A DNA stretch of 64,000 nucleotides from Pyrinomonadaceae bacterium (GTDB lineage: Bacteria; Acidobacteriota; Blastocatellia; Pyrinomonadales; Pyrinomonadaceae), in NCBI GenBank assembly GCA_036386415.1, contig DASVVT010000088.1:1-64000 (forward strand). Reading direction: 5' to 3'. The translations under genes and the position numbers were made by a program. Below are positions 44,288 through 54,673 of the stretch, one piece after another (within the stretch, counting starts at the first letter, position 1; every line of letters starts with the position of its first letter). The notes beneath the pieces were generated by a model. The model did not search any database, was not told where the DNA came from, and worked only from the letters and a program-made list of their open reading frames with translations.

Positions 44288-46804
44288 GTGCGAGTGAAAT
44301 TCATAGAGATGTTTGATTACAATCGCGCGGCGCGGGCTTACTGGTCGGCGATGGTTATCGCCGGTGCGCTCGTCGGCGCATGGGGTGTGTCTCAAGCTCT
44401 CTCTTTCACATCCGTGCAGTGGGCGCAGTTTCTTGCGCTCTTGAGCCTCGTCGTCGTCACCGCTTCACACCCGATTCGCATCCCGAACACGAAAGCGAGC
44501 GTCACGGCAGGCGACACGTTCACTTTTCTGAGCGTCCTGCTGTTGGGCGTGCCCTCAGGCATCCTGCTCGGCATCGTCGATTCCTTCGTCAGCTCGCACC
44601 GGACGACGCGGCGTGCGACGAGCTGGCTGGCCGCGCCCGCGATGATGGCGCTGACGGTGCTCGTTGCGGGCAACGCTTTTTACCTGACCCTCGCCGCGAC
44701 GGCGCACAGCACGGACTCTCCGCTTCGCACCTCGGACGTGCATCTGGATGACCTGATCGTGCCGCTGGCCGTGATGACGCTCCTACAGTATTTCCTGAAC
44801 GGTATGACTGTCGCCACCCTGTGCGCTTTGAAGGGGCGGCGCTCGATCTGGAAGTTCTGGCGCGACGGCTACCTCTGGACATCCTGGACATTTTTTGGGG
44901 CGGCGATTGCAGCCGCCTTGATCTACTCAGCCATTTCGAGATTTGGTTTCGTCTACGTGCTGCTGAGTGCGCCCATCATCGCTGCGACCTACGCGACCTA
45001 TCGCATCTACTTCGAGCGGATGAACGAGAAGACGCGCGAGGCGAAAGAGTTGAGCCGCCTGCACCTGGCGACGGTCGAAGCGCTGGCGACCGCCATTGAC
45101 GCCAAGGATCAGACGACCCATTGCCATGTCCGTCGCGTGCAAATCTACGCCGCCGGGATGGGCAGAGTCTTTGGCCTCTCCGACAGCGAGATCGAGGCGC
45201 TCAAGGCGGGCGCGCTCCTGCACGACATCGGCAAGCTGGCCGTGCCCGATCACATTCTGAACAAGCCAGGCCGCCTCTCCGCTGCCGAGTTCGAGAAGAT
45301 GAAGGTGCACACCACGGTCGGCGCCGAGATTCTCAGGCGCGTCAACTTCCCTTATCCGGTCGTGCCCGTCGTGCGCCATCATCACGAGCAATGGGACGGG
45401 CAGGGCTATCCGGACGGACTGCGTGGCGAAGAGATTCCGATCACGGCGCGCATCCTCTCGGTCGTCGATTGCTTCGACTCCGTGCGCGAAGATCGCCCTT
45501 ACCGTCGCGGCATGACGACGGAGGAGGCGAGCGCGCTGCTGCTCAGAGGCGCTGGAAAACATTTCGACCCCAAGGTCGTCGAGCAGTTTTTCAAGCACCT
45601 GCCGCGTTTTGAATCTGAGATTGCGGCGCTCGGCCTAGACCGGCACGGCCTGACGGATGAGGAGTGTGAGCCGCGCGCGCTGACCGAGGCTGAAGTCGCG
45701 CAAGGGAGAGACGAAGCATCGACGGTCGCTTATCTAGACCAGATCAAGAATGCGCATCGTGAAGTCTACGCGCTCTACGAGATTGCGCGCACCTTCGGCT
45801 CATCCTTAGACATACAGGATACGGTCACGATTCTCGTCAACAAGGTCAGGCACATCGTCCCCTTCGATACCTGCGTCGTTTACCTCTATGACGAATTGAA
45901 AGGCTATGCGACCGCCGCGCACGTGGCCGGAAAGAACGCCGAGGCCTTGCGGGATCGCTGCATCGCGCCCGGCGAAGGCGTCACTGGTTTCGCGCTCGCC
46001 AATCGCCGCGCCATTAACCGGATCGACCCCAGCCTTGACTTCACGGGCGTTGAGCTTGCGCCCGGCAACCCTTATCGCTCGATGGCGGCGCTCCCCCTCG
46101 TCAAAGATGAACGACTGCTCGGCACGCTCTCCATCTATTCGATGGAGATGAATGATTACACGGACGACCACATGCGTCTCCTGGACACTGTGGCGCGGCT
46201 CGCTTCGGATGCGCTCGCCAACGCCGTCCAGCACGCGCAGGCCGAGTCACACGCCCTCACAGACCCGCTCACGGGACTTCCCAACGCTCGCTGCATGTAC
46301 ATGCGCTTCGAGCAGGAGGCGTCACGCGCGCGCCGCTCGGGTCGCCCCTTCCAGGTCATCATGCTCGATCTGGACGACTTCAAGCAGGTCAACGATACCT
46401 TCGGCCACAAGGTCGGCGATCAGATGCTGCGCGAAGTGGCGCGCCTGCTCCACTCGCAGCTACGCGAGTACGACTTCCTCGCGCGTTATGCGGGCGACGA
46501 GTTCGTCGCCATCGTGCAGGAAGTCATCGGCGAGCAGGTCGAAGAACTGCGCGAGCGTATCGAAGAGACCATCTCGAAGTTCACGCTTCGCGTCCGCGCA
46601 GAGCACCACGCGCGCGTCGGCATCAGCGTCGGAGCCGCGACCTACGGCACGGACGGCGAAACCCTCGACCAGCTCCTGATCGCCGCCGACGAAGCCATGT
46701 ACAGCGCCAAGTCCGTGCACAAACAGCGACGCCTAGAAGCGGAGACAAAGGTCGAATCCCCCGTCGACATCTCGGATAATCTCGCCTCTACAGCGATAAA
46801 TTAA
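44288..46804 (+). CDS. Membrane-anchored c-di-GMP signalling protein: multi-TM sensor domain, HD-GYP phosphodiesterase, GAF domain, GGDEF domain (AGDEF variant)
   Basis: HD-GYP motifs LLHDIGK, HHEQWDGQGYPDGL. GAF region (LYEIARTFGSSLD…). GGDEF domain with RYAGDEFVAIV. Confidence 0.85.
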   Translation: MRVKFIEMFDYNRAARAYWSAMVIAGALVGAWGVSQALSFTSVQWAQFLALLSLVVVTASHPIRIPNTKASVTAGDTFTFLSVLLLGVPSGILLGIVDSFVSSHRTTRRATSWLAAPAMMALTVLVAGNAFYLTLAATAHSTDSPLRTSDVHLDDLIVPLAVMTLLQYFLNGMTVATLCALKGRRSIWKFWRDGYLWTSWTFFGAAIAAALIYSAISRFGFVYVLLSAPIIAATYATYRIYFERMNEKTREAKELSRLHLATVEALATAIDAKDQTTHCHVRRVQIYAAGMGRVFGLSDSEIEALKAGALLHDIGKLAVPDHILNKPGRLSAAEFEKMKVHTTVGAEILRRVNFPYPVVPVVRHHHEQWDGQGYPDGLRGEEIPITARILSVVDCFDSVREDRPYRRGMTTEEASALLLRGAGKHFDPKVVEQFFKHLPRFESEIAALGLDRHGLTDEECEPRALTEAEVAQGRDEASTVAYLDQIKNAHREVYALYEIARTFGSSLDIQDTVTILVNKVRHIVPFDTCVVYLYDELKGYATAAHVAGKNAEALRDRCIAPGEGVTGFALANRRAINRIDPSLDFTGVELAPGNPYRSMAALPLVKDERLLGTLSIYSMEMNDYTDDHMRLLDTVARLASDALANAVQHAQAESHALTDPLTGLPNARCMYMRFEQEASRARRSGRPFQVIMLDLDDFKQVNDTFGHKVGDQMLREVARLLHSQLREYDFLARYAGDEFVAIVQEVIGEQVEELRERIEETISKFTLRVRAEHHARVGISVGAATYGTDGETLDQLLIAADEAMYSAKSVHKQRRLEAETKVESPVDISDNLASTAIN

Positions 46805-46851
46805 CGTGAGTTCGACATAAGCGGCACAGCCGCTTATGTCGAACTCACGTT
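46803..46851. repeat. Minimal copy of the AACGTGAGTTCGAC-TIR element (23-bp perfect stem, 4-nt loop) overlapping the stop codon of the HD-GYP gene
   Basis: AACGTGAGTTCGACATAAGCGGC ACAG GCCGCTTATGTCGAACTCACGTT. The gene's TAA stop is at 46802-46804. Confidence 0.85.
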
Positions 46852-47019
46852 AAATTAAGGGGCGCTTAAGGCTCAGGCAGAAGAAGCAATCCTGTTTTTG
46901 CTTCCTGCTGCCTCCTGCTTTTTGCCCTCTGCCTTCTGTTATATTATGGGCTGGGAGCGTTTTCCCCCCGGCGATGGTCGAAGAGGCCGCCGGAGCGCTT
47001 TCTGGAATCGCTTGCTGCC

Positions 47020-49059
47020 ATGTCGGCTTCCATCAAGACATTTGAAACGGGCGGAACCTTGCTCGTCGTAGACGACGAAGCGAGTGTGCGCAAACGTCTG
47101 CGGCGCATCTTTGAGGGCGCAGGCCACCGCGTCCTGACCGCCTCGGATGGCCCTTCGGCCCTGCGCCTGCTACACAAAGAGCATTGCGATCTAATCGTGC
47201 TCGATGTCGAGATGCCGGGCGTGGATGGGCTCACTCTCTGTCGTCTGCTGCGTGCGCAGGCGGCGACCAAGCAGATGCCGGTCATCATGCTCTCGGCGAG
47301 CGATAACGAGGAGAGCAAGGTTGAAGCCTTCACCGCCGGAGCCGACGACTATATCGTCAAGCCCTCGACGCCGGGCGAGCTTCTCTCACGCGCCAAAGCT
47401 CATCTCGGAGCCGCGCAACGCGAATGGGTGCTGGTCGGCATCAATCGTGAGCTACAGTTTCTGGCAGACCTCGGTCGCGGACTGTTGCGCGCGCACGAGC
47501 CGGAGCAGGTCGTGCGACGTGTGGCGGGCGCGACCTATGAGGGCACGGGCGCTCAGCTCTGCGCCGCCGCGTTAAAGACGGACGAAAAGCGTGGCGTGGC
47601 CTGCGTCTTCGACCGTGAAGGAGTGGCTGACGACGGCTCGCTTCTCGACATGAATCGTCTGGACTCATGGCTCGCGTCCAATACTGCGACCACGCCCGCG
47701 CTCATTGATGACCCGGACAAGTTCTTGCTGCGCGAGCACAATCACGTGGTCGAATACGTCTCGCCGCTGCGCTTCAGTGGCCGCCCGAAGGGAGCGCTCG
47801 TCGTCTGTTTCGACCGTCGCGAAGATTTGAGCGAAGAGATCGGGCGACTGGTGGATGCGGCGGCGCAGCAGGCGGCGCTCGCCGCGCACATCTCTTCGCT
47901 CTACGCGGCGGCGCGCGAGTCCTCCGTCACCCTCGCGAAAGAGGTCGAGCGCCGCACCGCCGAGGCAGAGGCGCAGCGCCGCTTCACCGAAGCGATCATC
48001 GACAGCCTGCCCATCTCGCTCTACGCGATAGACCGCAACTACCGGATCGTTGCCTGGAATCGCAACCGCGAGCTGGGCGGTCAGGGTATCCCGCGCCGCG
48101 CCGCACTGGGGCGTCGCATCTTCGACGTCTTGACGAAGCAGAAGCGCGAAGTGCTGGAGCGCGAGTTCCGGCGCGCCTTTGAGACCGGCCACATAGAGCG
48201 CATAGAGCAGGAGACCACCACGCCCGATGGCGAGACACGCCACTGGCTTGTGAGCAAGATTCCGATGCGCGCCGAAGGAACGGATGAGGTCTCGCACGTC
48301 ATCACCGTCGGCGAAGACATCACGACCCGCGTCGAGGCGAACCGCGCCGTCGCGCGTGCGGAAAAGCTGGCGGCGGTCGGACGCCTCGCGGCAGGCGTCG
48401 TGCACGAGATCAACAACCCCCTGGCGACCATCTCGGCCTGCGCCGAAGCCCTTGAGTCGCGCGTACGCGAGGGCGCTTTCGATTCCTCGCCCGAAGTGGA
48501 AGACCTGCGCGAGTACCTGGGGCTCATCCGCAACGAGGCTTTCCGCTGCAAGTCGATCACGAACGGCCTCCTGGATTTCAGCCGCACGCGCGCCGCCTCC
48601 CTGCAAGCGCCCGTCCATCTGCCCGACGTGATCAATTCGGCGGCGCGGCTCATCGCGCACCAGCGGCGCGGCGACTCGATAGAGATTCTCGTTGACGCAG
48701 CCGATGATGTGGCTCCGGTCTCCGGCGACGAAGGCCAGTTGCAGCAGGCTGTGATCGCGCTCGCCACCAACGCCATCGATGCGATGCCGGAAGGTGGCAG
48801 CCTCTCTTTGCGCGCGCGCAACGAAGATGCTCACGTGCTGGTCGAGGTGAGCGATACAGGCGTCGGCATCGCGCCCGAGAACCTGACGAAAATCTTCGAT
48901 CCGTTTTTCACCACGAAAGAGGTCGGACGCGGCACGGGACTTGGTCTCGCCGTCTGTTATGGTATTGTAACGGATCATGGCGGACGCCTGAACGTCCAGT
49001 CCACGGTCGGGGTCGGAACGACGTTCACTATTTCGCTCCCGGCTGTGGCGAACTCTTGA
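47020..49059 (+). CDS. Hybrid sensor: N-terminal receiver (REC) domain, GAF/PAS sensor domains, HisKA and HATPase_c histidine kinase
   Basis: REC motifs (LVVDDE…, [11 protein letters not shown]…, ADDYIVKP). H-box [18 protein letters not shown]1/G2 boxes ([21 protein letters not shown]). Confidence 0.85.
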   Translation: MSASIKTFETGGTLLVVDDEASVRKRLRRIFEGAGHRVLTASDGPSALRLLHKEHCDLIVLDVEMPGVDGLTLCRLLRAQAATKQMPVIMLSASDNEESKVEAFTAGADDYIVKPSTPGELLSRAKAHLGAAQREWVLVGINRELQFLADLGRGLLRAHEPEQVVRRVAGATYEGTGAQLCAAALKTDEKRGVACVFDREGVADDGSLLDMNRLDSWLASNTATTPALIDDPDKFLLREHNHVVEYVSPLRFSGRPKGALVVCFDRREDLSEEIGRLVDAAAQQAALAAHISSLYAAARESSVTLAKEVERRTAEAEAQRRFTEAIIDSLPISLYAIDRNYRIVAWNRNRELGGQGIPRRAALGRRIFDVLTKQKREVLEREFRRAFETGHIERIEQETTTPDGETRHWLVSKIPMRAEGTDEVSHVITVGEDITTRVEANRAVARAEKLAAVGRLAAGVVHEINNPLATISACAEALESRVREGAFDSSPEVEDLREYLGLIRNEAFRCKSITNGLLDFSRTRAASLQAPVHLPDVINSAARLIAHQRRGDSIEILVDAADDVAPVSGDEGQLQQAVIALATNAIDAMPEGGSLSLRARNEDAHVLVEVSDTGVGIAPENLTKIFDPFFTTKEVGRGTGLGLAVCYGIVTDHGGRLNVQSTVGVGTTFTISLPAVANS

Positions 49060-49074
49060 CGGAGACTGAAACAT

Positions 49075-50496
49075 TTGAGCGACATGCAAGCGACACGACT
49101 CCTCGTTGCCGAAGACGAAGCCAATCTGCGCCTCGTGATTCAAAAGGAATTGCAGCGCCTGGGATTTCGTGTGGATGTTGTGCCGGACGGCGAGGCCGCC
49201 TTGCGCCGCCTCGAAGAGGGCAATGTCGATGTCCTCTTAAGCGACATCAACATGCCGCGCATTGACGGGATGGAGCTGCTCAAACGCGTGAGAGAGCGTC
49301 CCAACCCGCCCGAAGTGATCTTGCTCACAGGCCACGCCACGGTCGAGACCGCTATTGAAGCGATGAAGCTCGGCGCGTATGACTATCTGACCAAGCCGTA
49401 TCACATCACGGAGCTGGACGCGCTCGTCAAACAGGCTGCGGAAAAGCGTCGGCTGCGCGTTGACAACCAGCGCCTGCGTCAGCAACTGGCTCGCCAGTCG
49501 GAGATGCCGGAGATCGTCTCCGTCTCCGACCTCATGCGCGAGGCGCTACGCCTTGTCGAGCGCGTCGCGCCTTCGGACGCCTCCGTCTTAATCACGGGCG
49601 AATCCGGAACCGGCAAGGAGCTGATCGCGCACGCCATTCACAGACTCTCGACTCGCGCCGATGCATCCTTCATTGATCTCAACTGCGCCGCGTTTCAGGA
49701 GTCGCTTCTCGAATCAGAGCTTTTCGGTTACGAGGCGGGCGCATTCTCCGGCGCGAAGGGTCGCAAGCTCGGACTGATAGAACTGGCCGACGGCGGCACG
49801 CTCTTTCTGGACGAAGTGACGGAGCTGCCCACGCAGCTTCAATCGAAGCTGCTGCGCGCCATTGAGACGCGCACCTTCTACCGTGTCGGCGGCGTGCGCA
49901 AAGTCGAAGTCGATGTCCGCATCGTCGCGGCCACGAATCGCAATCTCGATCAGGTGGTCACGGATGGAACGTTCCGCTCCGACCTGCTCTATCGCATCAA
50001 CGGATTCCAGATAGACCTCTCGCCCCTGCGCGAAAGACCCGAAGACATAGAACCCCTGGCGCGCCATCTGCTCAAGCAGCTTTGTGGCGCGAATACTCCC
50101 GACCTGACACCCGAAGCGCTCGAAGCCCTGCGCGCCTATAGCTGGCCTGGCAACGTGCGCCAGTTGCGCAACTGCCTTGAGCGCGCCGTGCTGCTGGCAA
50201 ACGACTCGCTCATCACCCTTAACGAGCTACCGCCGGAGGTCGCGCGCCAGGCGGGCGCACCGCTGCCGATCATGACCGCTATGTCGGGCAGCACGGCGGA
50301 AGCGGGCAGCACCAGCGCACAAAGTTCTTCCGGCTCCGCTTCGCCCGCATCGCTGCGCGAAGTCGAGCGCCAGCAGATTCTCGCCGCGCTCGAACAAACG
50401 GGCTGGCATCGCGGCAAGACAGCCGAAATCCTCGGCATCTCGCCCTCCACGCTCTATCGCCGCCTGCGTGACTATAATCTTGAGCGTCGTAATTAA
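49075..50496 (+). CDS. Sigma-54-dependent response regulator (NtrC family: REC, AAA+ sigma-54 activator, Fis-type HTH)
   Basis: Walker A GESGTGKE, GAFSGA motif, ESELFGYEAGAF, C-terminal HTH (…KTAEILGISPSTLYRRL). Confidence 0.9.
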   Translation: MSDMQATRLLVAEDEANLRLVIQKELQRLGFRVDVVPDGEAALRRLEEGNVDVLLSDINMPRIDGMELLKRVRERPNPPEVILLTGHATVETAIEAMKLGAYDYLTKPYHITELDALVKQAAEKRRLRVDNQRLRQQLARQSEMPEIVSVSDLMREALRLVERVAPSDASVLITGESGTGKELIAHAIHRLSTRADASFIDLNCAAFQESLLESELFGYEAGAFSGAKGRKLGLIELADGGTLFLDEVTELPTQLQSKLLRAIETRTFYRVGGVRKVEVDVRIVAATNRNLDQVVTDGTFRSDLLYRINGFQIDLSPLRERPEDIEPLARHLLKQLCGANTPDLTPEALEALRAYSWPGNVRQLRNCLERAVLLANDSLITLNELPPEVARQAGAPLPIMTAMSGSTAEAGSTSAQSSSGSASPASLREVERQQILAALEQTGWHRGKTAEILGISPSTLYRRLRDYNLERRN

Positions 50497-50580
50497 ACGC
50501 AAAGTACGCAAAGGAAAGGCGCGCAAAGGTCGCAAAGAATCAACCCCTTTGCGATAACCTTTGCGTCCTTTGCGTTTAAA
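50493..50580. repeat. CGCAAAG-type hairpin element, copy G5
   Basis: TTAAACGCAAAGTACGCAAAGGAAAGGCGCGCAAAGGTCGCAAAG … CCCCTTTGCGATAACCTTTGCGTCCTTTGCGTTTAAA. The TAA stop of the regulator lies in the terminal TTAAAC. Confidence 0.85.
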
Positions 50581-50649
50581 TCTTCCCTTAAAAAAGCATA
50601 ACTTGACAACCATACCACGCAGGTTTGAATATACTCCGAATCGAATCAT

Positions 50650-53280
50650 ATGGCCGTAGCTTCACCTAGACCGCCCGCCGCGCCGACGACGCAGACCGCG
50701 CCGGGTCGTGCGTCCGCCCAGTCGAAACACGCGGCGGAGACCGTGACGGAGTGGTGGGTCGAGTGGCTCAAGTGGCTCGCGCTCGCCGTCTTCATCGCCG
50801 TCCCCATTTTCGCGCACCTGCCCTTCATGCAGCCCTATGCGGGGCGCGTCGTGTGGACGATGGTTGTGGCGAGCCTTCCGCTCTTCATCGTGCTCGTCGG
50901 TTATCATCGCTGGCGGAGACTGTGTCCGCTCGCCTTCTTCGCACAGATTCCCGTGCGCCTTCGCCGTCCAGGCGTGAAGAAGGCATCCCCCTGGCTCGAA
51001 GCTAACTATTATTACGTCGCGTTCACAGTCTTTTTCTTATCACTCTGGATACGCCTGATCGCCACCAACGGCGACGGCCATGCTATCGCGGCCTTCTTCG
51101 TCATGATCGCGCTGGCCGCTCTGATCTTCGGCGCGTTCTACACGGGCAAGACCTGGTGCAACTACATCTGCCCGCTCTCCTTCATCGAGAAGATTTATAC
51201 GGAGCCGCACGGCCTGCGCGAGACGCCGAACTCGCAATGCACCAAGTGTACCGCGTGCAAGAAGCTCTGCCCGGACATCAACGAGGAGAACGGCTACTGG
51301 AAGGAGATTCTGTCGCGCCCGAAGAGGTTCGTCTACTTCGCCTTCCCCGGCCTCGTCTTCGGTTTCTACTTCTATTACTACCTTCAATCGGGGACGTGGG
51401 ATTATTACTTCAAGGGCTGGTGGGTCGATCAACCGATGGTCATCCACTACGCCTTTCTTCCCGGCTACAACGCGGAGACGGCAGGCTTCTTCTTCCTCCC
51501 GTTTGTGCCGCGCGCGCTCGCCTCCATTCTGACGCTGGCCGTTTGCGCACTCCTCAGCATCCTTATCTTCTCGCAGCTTGAAAAGCCTATCGGAGAATGG
51601 CTCCGCCGACAGGAGCCGGAAGCGGACGCCGCGCGCATACGCCACATGATGTTTACCATCACGGCCTTCGCGGCCTTCGTCACCTTCTACACTTTCGCGG
51701 GTGCGCCGACGCTGAGAAGAATCTCGCCCCATTGGGCTCCGCATTTCTTCACGATCCTCGCCGTGCTGACGGCGACCATCTTTCTCGTGCGCCGCATGTT
51801 CCGCACACAGAAGGTCTTTGCCGAAGAGACGGTCGCGCGCAACATCATCAAGCGCTGGGAGTGGACGGACATGCAGCCTCCGAAAGATTTGCACGAGGCT
51901 TTCCTGATTCATACGATCCGCACGCGCGAGAGCGCAAAGGGTTCGGCACAGGTGCTTGAGATGTACAAGGAGGCCGTGCGCGAGACGCTCGCCAACGGCT
52001 TCGTCACGCGCGAGGAAGTGCAGCTTCTGGAGTCTCTGCGTAATCAGTTGCAGATCAAGAAGGCGGATCATGAGAAGGTGATGGCCGCGCTCGCAGAAGA
52101 GGAGCGCGCCCTGATCGCCGACCCGTCGAAGCAGATTTCAGCCGAAAAGCGCCTTCAGCTTGAGACCTACTCGCACGCCCTACAGAACTACCTTGAGCGT
52201 GTCATGACGACGGACGCGCCCGCCGACGACACCTTCATCATACAGTTGCGCTCCGAATATCGCGTGACGAAAGAGGAGCACGAGGCCGTCCTGGACGAGC
52301 TGCTGGGCGGCGAGCAAGGAATGGCGGCGCAACTGGCCGAAGAGATACGCTCGGTCGAGCGCGCCGCGAAGACGATGCAGGCGCTGGAGCTTTCGCCTTC
52401 GCCTTCGCACGACTTCCTGCATGATCTCCTGCGGCGGCGTCGCGCGCGCGCCGTCGAGCGTCTCGTGCGCGGCCTGAGCTTCACGCTCGAAGATGACACG
52501 AGTCGCGGTCTTCGCGCAGGCTTAACCAGCCCGGACGAAGCTCTGCGCCAGTCCGTCATAGAGCAACTGAGCCTGAGCGTCGCGCCCGTCATCAGCGAGC
52601 GGCTGCTCGCGGCCTATCGTGAAACGTCTGTTCTGGAATCCTCTATGCCGACGCTCACGGAGATGCTGGCGGCGCGCACAGAGAGCCTCGATCCGTATGT
52701 GCGCGCCGTCGCGCTCTACGCCCTGGGCGAGCGCGGCGCGGCTGGCGTCCGCATACTTGAGCGATTGAGCGCGGACGAGCACGAGCTGGTGCGCGAGACG
52801 GCGCTGCACCTCGTCTCAAGAAAGGGGAAAGAGGAAGAGGGCGGCCACAGCGGTCTCATCACCATCGAGAAGATGATCGCTCTGCGCTCCGCGCCGATCT
52901 TCTCAAGCCTTGCGCCTGAAGGTCTGGCGGAACTGGCGCGCGCCAGCCTCGAAGATGATTACGCGCCGAATGAGACCCTCTGCCTGGAGGGCGAGCCGGG
53001 CAACGAGGTCTTCATCCTGCTCGCGGGTGAAGTGAAAGTCCTGCGCCGCAATGGCGCTGAAGAGAAGGTGATCGCCACGGAGAAGGCTGGCAGTTTCATA
53101 GGCGAGATGGCTGTGCTAGACCCTGCGCCGCGCTCTGCCACAGTCGCCGCGTCCGATGGGGGCGCGCGCGTCCTGCGTCTGGACGGCACAGCCTTTCGTG
53201 AATCGCTCAAGGTCGATCCGGCCATCGCCTCCGGCGTCATACGCACGCTCGCACAAAGGCTGCGAAACATTCAGAAGTAA
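50650..53280 (+). CDS. Polytopic membrane protein with a 4Fe-4S ferredoxin-type Cys motif, central HEAT/PBS-lyase-like repeats and a C-terminal cyclic-nucleotide-binding (cNMP) domain
   Basis: CNYICP and CTKCTACKKLCP (CxxCxxCxxxCP) within the TM region. Repeats VRAVALYALGERG / LVRETALHLV. cNMP-binding signature …FIGEMAVLD…RSATVAA… No HTH. Confidence 0.6.
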   Translation: MAVASPRPPAAPTTQTAPGRASAQSKHAAETVTEWWVEWLKWLALAVFIAVPIFAHLPFMQPYAGRVVWTMVVASLPLFIVLVGYHRWRRLCPLAFFAQIPVRLRRPGVKKASPWLEANYYYVAFTVFFLSLWIRLIATNGDGHAIAAFFVMIALAALIFGAFYTGKTWCNYICPLSFIEKIYTEPHGLRETPNSQCTKCTACKKLCPDINEENGYWKEILSRPKRFVYFAFPGLVFGFYFYYYLQSGTWDYYFKGWWVDQPMVIHYAFLPGYNAETAGFFFLPFVPRALASILTLAVCALLSILIFSQLEKPIGEWLRRQEPEADAARIRHMMFTITAFAAFVTFYTFAGAPTLRRISPHWAPHFFTILAVLTATIFLVRRMFRTQKVFAEETVARNIIKRWEWTDMQPPKDLHEAFLIHTIRTRESAKGSAQVLEMYKEAVRETLANGFVTREEVQLLESLRNQLQIKKADHEKVMAALAEEERALIADPSKQISAEKRLQLETYSHALQNYLERVMTTDAPADDTFIIQLRSEYRVTKEEHEAVLDELLGGEQGMAAQLAEEIRSVERAAKTMQALELSPSPSHDFLHDLLRRRRARAVERLVRGLSFTLEDDTSRGLRAGLTSPDEALRQSVIEQLSLSVAPVISERLLAAYRETSVLESSMPTLTEMLAARTESLDPYVRAVALYALGERGAAGVRILERLSADEHELVRETALHLVSRKGKEEEGGHSGLITIEKMIALRSAPIFSSLAPEGLAELARASLEDDYAPNETLCLEGEPGNEVFILLAGEVKVLRRNGAEEKVIATEKAGSFIGEMAVLDPAPRSATVAASDGGARVLRLDGTAFRESLKVDPAIASGVIRTLAQRLRNIQK

Positions 53281-53563
53281 GGTCAAAATGGATGGGACAG
53301 CGTAGTGTGAGACTATCGGCGCTGGCGTTAAGAATCTAAGCTGATGCGCTAAGACTCTCATCATGGCTGCTTAGCTTCTCATCACGGCAGACGAGATTAT
53401 ATTTCCCACGCGTGAGAGTCTCGGCGGCAGTGATGAGAGTCTCATCACTGTAAATCGGGTTCCCATCAAAGCTGGTGAGAGGTTCATCGCGCATGAATAC
53501 CTCCTGCTCAGAGATGATAAGAACCTGAGCACAGCCGATTTCAAAGGAGTCACGCATTAAGAG

Positions 53564-54673
53564 GTGACATTTCTTTCTCTCCAAAACATCTCGAAGCGAT
53601 ACGACGCGACCGTGGCCGTCGCCGATCTTTCGCTCGCCATCGAGCGGGGCGAGTTCTTCGGGCTGCTCGGCCCGTCCGGGTGCGGCAAGACGACTACGCT
53701 GCGTATGATCGCAGGCCTGGAGACGCCGGACAGAGGGGTCATACAGTTCGATGGTCGGGACATCACGCGGCTCTCGCCCGAGCGGCGCGGCTTCGGCATG
53801 GTCTTTCAAAACTACGCGCTCTTCCCTCACCTAGACGTCTTTGAGAACGTCGCCTTCGGCCTGCGCGCGCGCCGTCGCCCGAAGGCGGAGATCACGGAGC
53901 GCGTCAAGAGCGCCCTCCAACTGGTGCAGCTTCCAGGCTACGAGCGGCGTCGCACGGGCGAGCTTTCGGGCGGCCAGCAACAGAGAGTCGCCATCGCGCG
54001 CGCCATCAGTATTGAGCCTGCGCTCCTGCTCTTTGACGAGCCACTCTCGAACCTGGACGTAGCCCTGCGCGAAGAGACGCGCGGCGAATTGCGCGAGCTG
54101 GTGGCACGCCTGAACCTGACCGCCGTTTACGTCACGCACGACCAGGAGGAAGCCTTCGCGCTCTGCGACCGCATCTGCGTGATGAGCGAAGGCCGCAGCC
54201 TGCAAACAGGAACGCCGCGCGAGCTTTACGAACGTCCCGCAGAGGCGCTGGTCGCACGCTTTCTCGGACGCAACAATCTCATCAAAGCCATGCGCCTGAG
54301 CGCCAGCCACGTCCGCAGCGCAACCTTCAAGACCCTCGAAGGCGGCCACACGCTCAACGTCTTCGTCCGGAAGGAGGATTTAAGCCCTCTCAACTCCGCC
54401 GCGACGCTCGCCATACGCCCGGAGTATCTACGTCTCAGTAAGACAGAAATAGTGGAAGATAACACTCTCCAAGCGACCGTTCGTGAGATCAACTTCACGG
54501 GCGCAACGACAAGCATCAAGCTGGACGCGGGCGGTCTCGCCCTCGAAGCCCTCGTCATTCAGGCGGACGGCCTCTCCGTCGGCGACGCCTGCATGGTCAT
54601 GCTGCCCCCTCAACACATCACGATCTTAGGGATGAACAAAGGGATGAGGGATGAACGAAGGGATGAGGGATGA
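53564..54673 (+). CDS. ABC transporter ATP-binding protein (FbpC/PotA family with C-terminal TOBE domain)
   Basis: Walker A GPSGCGKTT, Q-loop, signature LSGGQQQRVAIARA, Walker B LLLFDEPLS, H-loop. Confidence 0.9.
   Translation: MTFLSLQNISKRYDATVAVADLSLAIERGEFFGLLGPSGCGKTTTLRMIAGLETPDRGVIQFDGRDITRLSPERRGFGMVFQNYALFPHLDVFENVAFGLRARRRPKAEITERVKSALQLVQLPGYERRRTGELSGGQQQRVAIARAISIEPALLLFDEPLSNLDVALREETRGELRELVARLNLTAVYVTHDQEEAFALCDRICVMSEGRSLQTGTPRELYERPAEALVARFLGRNNLIKAMRLSASHVRSATFKTLEGGHTLNVFVRKEDLSPLNSAATLAIRPEYLRLSKTEIVEDNTLQATVREINFTGATTSIKLDAGGLALEALVIQADGLSVGDACMVMLPPQHITILGMNKGMRDERRDEG

Noticed and set aside
47665-49143. 492-aa ORF on the minus strand antisense to the histidine-kinase gene
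   Set aside because: Entirely overlaps a well-supported kinase gene. Composition is Arg/Ala-rich, typical of high-GC antisense frames. No motifs.
51040-52071. 343-aa minus-strand ORF inside the ferredoxin/HEAT/cNMP gene
   Set aside because: Antisense artefact (Arg/Glu-rich low-complexity sequence). The sense frame carries coherent domains.
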